From Xylographa opegraphella (Eukaryota), in assembly GCA_022813865.1 (NCBI GenBank), contig JALDZX010000099.1:1-43820 (forward strand): DNA of 43,820 nucleotides. Direction: 5' to 3'. Positions 35,473 to 43,820 of this stretch are shown piece after piece. The position numbers and the translations under genes are program-made. The notes under the pieces were generated by a model. That model was not told the origin of the DNA and ran no database searches. It saw nothing but the letters and a program-made list of their open reading frames with translations. Every line of letters begins with the position of its first letter. Position 1 is the stretch's first letter.

Positions 35473-38400
35473 GACCATTTGACGCGATGGAATGAATCAG
35501 AGATGTACAACACCAGAGATGCTTGGAAGCACGAGTCCGCTGCGGAGATCGACTGACCAGGAGGAAGCGCCTCAACGAAGACGGCGGTTGGGATCAAGCA
35601 GCGTGGGCCGAGGAGGGTTAAGGTTTAGCGCTAGGAAAGGTCCTCCTCCACCGGGATTAGCTTCAGGGCTTGTCGGCGTGATGATGTGGTGTCCATCGAG
35701 CATAAGGTAAGGTAGGTATGTACGGAGTAGGTACCTAGGTAACTTTAGAAAGGTACCTCCTCCATTGTACCGTAGTTGCAGGATTCTGGTCGCCCATCGC
35801 TGTGCAGTGCTGCGTGTGTCCGATGATTCAAACCTCAGACCGGTGCCCCGTGTTTTGGGTGCTGTGGGGGTTGACTTGTCGAGTTTCGCGCCGGGCGGTT
35901 CAGACACGACAACGAGAGGTCGGAGTGCACGGGGATCATCTTCAAAGCCCCAGTCCGCGAGTGAGGGCAGGGAAGAGATCGTCCGTGCGTTACGGTCCGG
36001 TGCTTACGTGCATCGTACATTCAAGGGAAGGTAAGGTAGGTAAGGCAAGGTCAGGTTACGGTACCCTCCCTACCTTACCTTGATGAGATATCTAACGCTG
36101 CTAGGAGTACTTTAGTTCCGGGTGGGTGGTGGAGTGCCGCTAGCAGAGGAGACGCTAGGGGAGGTCGGCCGTCAGTCCACTTGACCGGCCAACCATCACC
36201 TGGCCCCCGGTCCGCTCTTTAACGGACCTTCGTTCGGTGGGCGACACGACACGGTCGGCAGCCAGCAAACATTTCCATGTGCTTGTCACCCACGATAATC
36301 TTTTGGAATAGCCGATGCCGCACGCGGTAGACGGACTGATGATTAGTGTGGCCTGCTGCAGCTGCTGCAACGCTCCCCTCCCTTGCTTCCCTCCGCGCGC
36401 GACGCTCCCTGACCTTACCTTACGTACCTCCCGTTAACCTTTTCTGCCCCCCCCGGAGGCCCCGCATACGCTATCAGTCATCTGACTCGCGCCCCCCTGC
36501 CTCTAGCTCTTGCCGATCCTGAGGTAGTATTATTGCTCTCCTGATCCTGGGGCGGTGGAAGTGCTGCTCGCTCCCTGCTCAGTTGCTCACAGCGCTCTCA
36601 CTGCTCATTGCTCACTGCTCACTGCTCACCACGGCCGATGGCGGATGACCACATGCCATGGAATCATCCGCCCCGTGCTCAAGGACGACTGCCTTGGCAC
36701 CAGTCCCTCTCCCATCGCGACTCGACGAAGCGCCCCGCTAAGGGAGCCAAGTGCAGGCATTCGGTCCAATCACATGCGATACCAATCGGGCGCAGGCGGG
36801 CGGGCCGTCCATGTCCTGTTATCGGAAACAATCTGATGAGCCGTCGCCGTCGCATCCTCCCAGCTGTCTCTCTCCCCTTCTTCCCTTGCTGTTGGCGGTG
36901 GCGGCGTCGGAACTTCCATCTGCGCTAGGCCCTGGTCGGGCGCCCGTTTCGCACCATGGATGCCAGGGCCGGGCGGCTGATGTGCACCGCATCCACTGCA
37001 TCGACCACATGCATTGATCGGTCATAGCATCCTTCCTACATTACCTTATTATCCTTCCATCCTTGATGCCGTGTCACCACGGGGAGGATCTACATCAAGC
37101 GACCCGGCCGCCAGCTTGGACCACCGAGACTTGGTGCAGTTCATTGGCGGACGCCGGTCTAGGGGAAATGGACGCACCTCGTAGGTTAGGTGGTCAAACA
37201 GCCGGACCGCAACCTTGCGATGCAGCAGCACCGCAGCGCAGCGCTAGGGAAAAAGCGACAGGTCACATCAAAATGATAAAGGTAAGGTAAGTACGTAGTA
37301 CCTCCCTAAGCGGTAGGACCTTGCCTCCACCCACATCGCGCGAAAGAGTTCCGGTCGCAGCCTTTTTCTCCAGTCGCGATGGCGGGGCACGGGGACGAGG
37401 GTCGTTGCCTCTCACCGCCTCCCCGAGGTGGAGGTCGGATAGGACGTCAACGTTGGCCCTTGGGTTACCGCTCTTCGTTCACGTGATGACTGAGACGCGC
37501 TTCCGACGAATAGCTTCGCAAATGTGACTTCCACCTCGGGCCCGGTTTCCCCTTAGCCGTCCCACCAACTCGAGTAGTCTCCTGCGTCTTGTCGTGCGTG
37601 CCGATCCGAGACCAATGTGATGGAATTTCAGCCACGGGCAGCAGCTGGGCGGATTCGTAGGCCAGAAACGATATAGCATGTACAGTCCGTCCGTAGATAC
37701 CGCCTCGAAGAAGAGAAGTAAGTGGAGGTGGGGTGTGTTCGCGTCCGACATGACCACCGCCAAGGCAGGTCAGTCCCTCCGTCACTCGGTATTATCATGA
37801 CAGCATGTACTCTGTACGTACTCTGGACACCTATAATAAGGTAAGGTAAGGTAGTCTTAGACCCAGACCCAGATCCTGACCGGCCCCGTTCAAGGTCAAA
37901 CTCTGTGCCCCTTTCCGTCCTGTGCTTCGAGCCCATCACCGATCTCCCACCTCACTCTCACCTCACTCTCTCCCCCCAACCCCCCAACTTCCAGTGGTCT
38001 GTAGTTGGGCGCCGATGATATATCGTTAGATTATTGCGATTCCATCAATTACTTATGAATCCGACCACGCTTTCCGCCCCAACGACATAATCCCCTCACC
38101 ATTATTACGTCGTGGTGGGAAACTTGAAGTTGGGCAGCCGATCCCTCACGTGGCACCCCTGGCTCCGCCCCGCCCCCAACCCGGTCCGCGATCGATGTTT
38201 CCTCCGTCATCGTGCTTGGCTGGCGTGGTTGCCGTATTGTCGTGTGCTTTTGTCGCAGTTGCATGGTCCGCGAAAATACCCGCCCGGGCGAGGCAGTGGC
38301 CCAACTGGCCCAGTCCCTCTCCCCCCGCAGTTCGAGCCAGCTCCCAGCGTAAGGTAAGTACTGGGGAAAGACGAAGGTCGATCATGCACCCAGCGCATGC

Positions 38401-40122
38401 ACAGCAAGCATGCACGCTCGTTCCAACCCTGGCCGTACCATCCGTAACCTGCATCTGACAAGCACGAGAATCACCGCCCACGTTGGGGGGGTGGGAGGAA
38501 AGGCTGGGAAGGCTGGCAAGCTGACAGGCCGCCACACCGCTCGTGGTGTTTCGGCGCCTGTGCGATGAGATCAAGTCTCTCGATGGTCACGGGCCACGGG
38601 GGCCACGGGCCACACGCATCTTCAGCCTCCGACCGACGGCCCTGCGACCTTGGTGCTTCATGCGTCGAGCGTCGATACGGTCGAGCGTCGAGCGTCATGC
38701 TTCAATAGCAATGCTTCATGCTTCATGCGTGCTGCTGGTCGCTGCTACTGACCATGTACATGTTGCCGTGACCGCCCAACGGCGGCTCCGACACCGCTCC
38801 CCTAAGCGTCCGCGCCCCACGTCCCTGGAAGACGAAGAATAATTGCCAATTGACTCAGATGCTCCATCTCTCCTGTCGCCGTGCCCTGACCTCTCTTCGT
38901 CCCTTCGTCCCCCGTTCCCATGTCCTCGTCTCGTCAGCCAAGATGGCCTTTCTGCCCGAGCACAGCTCGCATTGGCTGGACGCGCAACCGGACTACCGAT
39001 ACATTCTCTAGCCTCTCGAGCATTCCTGTCGAGGGACGTTCCCCAACAGTAGCCCCGTCAGGCCTCGCAACTGGCCCACTTTCGAAACTCCGTCGAGGGG
39101 CCAAGAAGTCACTTGCGTCGCAGGCCTTTGCCCCGTCCGCTCGACCATCTCCTCAGCTGTGAGCCCGGACCCATGAACCCTCCCACCTTTTGCCTCCTGC
39201 CATTCTGGTGTCGCGCATCAGCTCCCGCTCCGCTTCGGATTCGGATGCATGCCTGACCTGCCATTTCGTGCTGGAACGAAAAAGGTAATCTGGAAAAATG
39301 TGGACCGCGCTGGTGGCGCAGCTGGGGTCGGGTCCCGGCCTGCCCGCCTGGCTTGTCGGCGGCCATGTGTTTGGCACGACTCCCGCACCAACCTAAACGG
39401 AATCGATGCGCAACCAATTTCGAGGCGCTCCCGACGCCGGTGCGCAGGGCCAGTCACCGACGGCCAACGGGACCGAGATTGATGGAGCATCAGATGATTC
39501 AGATCCCAGTCCCGCCGTCTCGCTTCGGCGAAAGAGTGGGTCGACCTCAGCTGGTGTGGCGTGTACCTTCGTACCTGTGCCTAGGTACCAACTCCCTAGT
39601 CCACTATGGACGGCCGTCGTCACCCTCCAGCAGCAGGTAGTAGGCCTCGCACAGCATACGACATCCTCGAGACGGGATCAAGGGGGACCGCACGCTGCTG
39701 CCTCGGCACCAAATATCTCCCTCGGCGACTCAGCAGCAGCAGCAGCAGCAGAGTTTCGCGGTGTCTCCCCATGCAGGCGTCGGTGGAGCCTTTTCTTCCA
39801 ACTGGCAACAAGCAGCTTTTTCTGCGCCGATGCGGCGGGCACGGAACGGGACCATCCTTTAGCAGAGCCCGACTGGGAACCGGCGAAGAGACTACCCAGG
39901 TAGTCAGTCTCATCACGAGCAGCCGCTAACGAAAAATTAATCATAAAAGTAATAATAGTACTCCGTAGTGGACGTCGGCCTCGTGCTGGATGTCGCTAAG
40001 CCGTTCGCTGGGTTGTGGGGAGGGAAGGAGGGGATGGGGGGTGGTGGCACAAACACGACCGGGGGCCAGCCCAGTGAAAGTGAAAAGATGAAGTTGAAAA
40101 GTGGTGTCCTGGTGTGTTAGTA

Positions 40123-40159
40123 GTGTCGTGTCGTGTCGTGTCGTGTCATGTCGTGTCGT
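40123..40159 (+). repeat. (GTGTC)n pentanucleotide microsatellite
   Basis: About 7 units, one imperfect. Confidence 0.9.
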
Positions 40160-41061
40160 TGACGGCCTGAAGTTGAATGCCATCGTCCCACGGCTTGGGC
40201 GCCGGCGAGCAGCATCGACCACAGACTCCTCCTTACTGCCCACTAAACAGCATTTAGCGGTAGAGACCGCCGCTGGCGGTACCTATACGTAGAACGGTGG
40301 GTGTGGTACGAAGTACTGTGGTATGCTCCAGGGCCCGCTAGCCCTGCTCATGATTAACGGACCTTGCCCCCCTTGAGCCCCTACCCCGGCTGCCCCCCTT
40401 CCCCTCTCACCCCCCTCCCTCCCCCCCCTCCCAAGATCAGAGGTGAAGTTAGCTTGGCTTAGGTTGCTAAGTTAGGCGTCACAGCCAACACTGGGACTCT
40501 TTTGTTGCAGTGAGTGGTGGAAGGATTCGACGAACCGGACCCACGACGTCCACGAGGTGAGCAAGGTTGATCTAAAATACCGAACCTGTCCCCTGGGTCC
40601 TGTCCATCCAGACATCGTGCGCGACACACCTGCTGCCCGTTTCCCATCATTTGTTTTCCCTCCCGTCCATCTTCGCCGCCACCCACGACCCACCATCCAC
40701 CTGCCTGCACTGACTTTCAAAGCCTGCCTCCGTCCGAATGCCGATAGCTGAAGAGAAAAGGCATCGCAATCTCTGACCGCTCCAACTTTTCACTTTAACC
40801 TTTCTCACTGCCGCCTGCCTGTCTTCCCTCTTCCGACCTGGCCGCTTCCCTCTCTCCCTTCGCCCTGCAACTTTTGACGACCTCACACAGGCCGTTCGGT
40901 GGACCGACTCCTCCCGCAAGTGTCCATATCCCCGTCCCTACGCCGCACCTCAACCCGCTTGACGGCAGGAGAATTATGACCATTATCTGATTCCGCACCC
41001 ATCTTGTACACGAGTTGTGGCCGCGACGACCGTTCAACACTCGTCGGCCTGCCATCTGCAA

Positions 41062-42498
41062 ATGTCCAAAGACCACGACCAACAGCAAGGCCAATATCCG
41101 CCTCCACAGTGGGAATCACACACTGCTCGAGGCCCATATCCTTTGCCCCCTCAACCGGGCCCGAACTATTCGGTGAGTACCCCAGCGACGCCTCGTCTGG
41201 CCACGTTCGAGCTCAGGCCCTAAATCTTGCGTGTAGGGGCCTCCGACCTCACAGCCTTATTACCAGCCCGCACCGTCTGTACCGGGCGAAATGGTCACCC
41301 TTCCTCCCCCTCAGTCGCAGCAGCAGCAAGATCTCTACCGTCATCCATCGTACGACATGTATCCGGGTCATGCCCAACACATGCCCTATCCACCCATGCC
41401 ACACGATCCCCACGGCAATCCTCAACCACACGCTCCGATGAACTTCAGCCAACCGGCGCCGCGGCAGCGGACTGCAATCGCATGTCGGTACTGTCGAAGG
41501 AGAAAGGTGAGGCGTCTCTGCGGCGGGTGCGGTCGGTAACGAAACACTGATTCAAAAACCAGATCCGGTGTCACGGCTTTGACTCGTCGCCCGATGGGCG
41601 CTGTACGAACTGCATCCGATTCCACCAAGAATGCATCTTCACCCCAGTCTCGTCGCAAGCACACGCTTTCGTGCCCGCCCACACGGCATACCCTCATCTT
41701 CGAAATACAGGAAGAATTCCCACCCATCCTGACGGACGACCCATCTACCCACCTCCAGGGCAACCGATGATCTACGGGGCGCATGGGCAGCCCCTGGGCC
41801 CGATGCCTCACGATCCAAACTATCCGGTCCCGCCTCCAGGGTACGGCATGGGGGGTCCGTATGCGGGAGCTGTGTATGATGATCGAGGCCCTCCACAGCC
41901 CCCTCATCCCCAAGATCAAGTGAGTCGCAAGCGTCCTCGTTTGGACGAACCCTCCAATCCTCTTGCTTCTGCCCCAACACAAGGCTCGTCCTCACATCCG
42001 TATCCTCAGCAGCAACGTTTGTCCGCAACGAGTGGCGGTCGTCGTGGATCCGGCGGTGGTACCTTTGAGTACCCCGATCCTCCGCAGCTGGCGCCGGTCT
42101 CGCCTGCGTCGTCTACGACATCGTATCAGTCTGCACCCTACCCCCAACCACCAAAGCAACAACCGTACTACCCTAATCCAGGCTCTGCACGCCGGTCATC
42201 TCCTCAATCCGCTTATTCGTATGAGCAGCGTGCATCTGGCTCCCCACATGGGAGCACATCGTCTGCCTCCGGGTATACAGGCTACACAGGCGGCTTACAT
42301 CCTCCACAGGTCCTGCCTCCCACGCGCGAGAGTGGACGGACTCCACCACCGGGTCCAGCGCAAGAGGGGTCGAGTGCTGGAAACGGGTCTCGGGCCGGCA
42401 TGAGCGTGCGAGACATGCTGGGTCCCGGCGAGAGTCAAGGAGGACGCACGAGTGCCGACAGTGATATGCTAAAGGCACTGAATAAGAGAGTCATGTGA
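41062..42498 (+). CDS. mcrA: Zn(II)2Cys6 transcription factor, McrA-like (no fungal-TF middle homology region, Pro-rich)
   Basis: Exons 41062..41172, 41237..41506, 41563..42498; APRQRTAIACRYCRRRK|IRCHGFDSSPDGRCTNCIRFHQECIFTPVSSQAHAFVPAH. The Zn2Cys6 call is firm; the McrA name is from my recall of that motif and is less certain. Confidence 0.85.
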
Positions 42499-43632
42499 AG
42501 GGGTAAGGAGTGGGCAACCGCCGACGCGTGTGGGCTGCTCAAAATGTCACTGTTTGGGATTGGTTATGCAGTCCCTGTCGGCTCGGCTGCTCGAATTACA
42601 ACATCCCGGTTTCAGAGACTCGACCCTGTTCTGAGCTTTCGACATTGCACCACGCCGCTACGGCTCCACACGCGAACCCTGAGTTCTATCCGTCACCACA
42701 CCCCTTCCGGATCCACGTTCGCCGCGAGCTTTCCTTGCGCTTTTCCTGGTGGCATTTGTATTAATACTACGGCACGACGAACGCGGGGCGGCTGTTTGAA
42801 TGTGCATTTTGCAAGCAATAGTACCTCTGGTTTCTTCCTCTTCCCGTCATCAGCTGGAGTTATTGTGGCCAACTCGTTACAACCGCTACTCTGAAGTAAA
42901 TACCGATCCTTGAGCCTGCTGTCTGGTTGATCCAGAGTCGATTGCAGCCCTACCGTTTCATGAGAGAGTGCACAATGCTGCTTGCGAGCATTTTAGCTGG
43001 GAGTGGGCCAGGTTATCTGCTGTTCGAGGGCGCATGGGTAGGTAGGATCCTGTTAATAAGTTACTTTAGTGTGGTACATCGAGGTACCTCATTTGTATTT
43101 AGAGCTCGTGCCGTGTCTATGAGAAGGTGTGCAACCGATCACCAACGTGATAGAGGCAAACACTTTCATTTTCGGCTGGCCCATCGAGTGTCACTACACC
43201 AGATGCTTGATATGAGTCCGAGTTCGAGGCTGTGCGACACAGACTCTGCGGTGGAGAACCAATGTGGAAAAGGAACGCGGACGACGACAACATTTGGTTG
43301 CAGATCTGCAGGTTCGCATCATCCATTCGCTCGTTGACCTCGTAACGTTCCATCAAGTGCTCTGCACGTTTCACCTCATCCTCTGAAGGCGCTCTGTGCC
43401 ACTTGCATTCTCCCTCCCGGTACACCAACAGCTGTCCTGTCCACTCAATCTCCCCACCCCTCGCCTCCACCCCTCGCGTCCCACACGTCTCTCTCACTGT
43501 ACTTTGCTTCACCTCTCTTGTATCCCCTGCTTTTTTCCGCCTCGGTGGCCCTGCGTGACCTGTGAACGCGTGATGGTTGGTGGTGGAGACGGGGAACGCT
43601 CGGATCGTTCGGACTTCGACCCCTTGCCCCTG

Positions 43633-43757
43633 TAGTAAAATCAAAAAAATCGATTACAAAAACCCAAAATCATAATCGATTTTGATTTTAAAAATAATAA
43701 TTATATTCGAATAAAATTTCAAAAATCGTAATCAAAATCGAATAATAAAATCGATTT
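43633..43757. mobile_element. Start of another AT-rich, CpG-retaining repeat; possible DNA-transposon end
   Basis: Abrupt drop in GC at 43633; repeated AATCG motifs; inverted pair 43637..43656 / 43673..43689. Confidence 0.45.
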
Positions 43758-43820
43758 AAAATAAAATAAAATAAAATAAAATAAAATAAAATAAAATAAA
43801 ATAAAATAAAATAAAATAAA
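43758..43820 (+). repeat. (AAAAT)n microsatellite running to the window end
   Basis: At least 12 units. Confidence 0.95.

Noticed and set aside
43758..43820. Telomere at the window end
   Set aside because: The repeat is AAAAT, not TTAGGG/CCCTAA.
1..43820. CRISPR array, tRNA or rRNA genes, Starship captain recombinase
   Set aside because: No regularly spaced repeat-spacer units, no cloverleaf or rRNA sequence recognised, and no tyrosine-recombinase ORF; tRNAscan-SE and Rfam were not run.

Overview
Eukaryotic DNA from a filamentous ascomycete (Pezizomycotina; short GT-AG introns with CTAAC/CTGAC branch points). Seven intron-containing genes can be built from the sequence: nucleoporin Nup170/Nup155 (+), a Gin4/Hsl1-family kinase with an apparent frameshift (+), a C2H2 zinc-finger transcription factor (-), a large quasi-RRM protein (-), Arp2/3 subunit ARPC4/ARC19 (-), deubiquitinase Ubp6/USP14 (+) and a Zn2Cys6 transcription factor resembling McrA (+). 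The first 12 kb and the last 190 bp hold AT-rich, hypermutated transposon relics: three copies of a 183-bp solo LTR, a Mutator-type MITE with a 10-bp TSD, a TA-targeting TIR element and an unclassified ~200-bp repeat, including a three-level nested insertion. The most unusual signals are (i) a RIP-like mutation pattern that removes non-CpG cytosines but leaves CpG, while the short LTRs in the same DNA mutate at CpG, (ii) a candidate ACG start (CCACC-ACG-G) giving a 95-codon N-terminal extension on the C2H2 factor, (iii) the broken, possibly decaying kinase gene, and (iv) GC-rich domains around both transcription-factor genes, one boundary of which runs through UBP6. All family assignments come from recognising motifs by eye; no database search was run.
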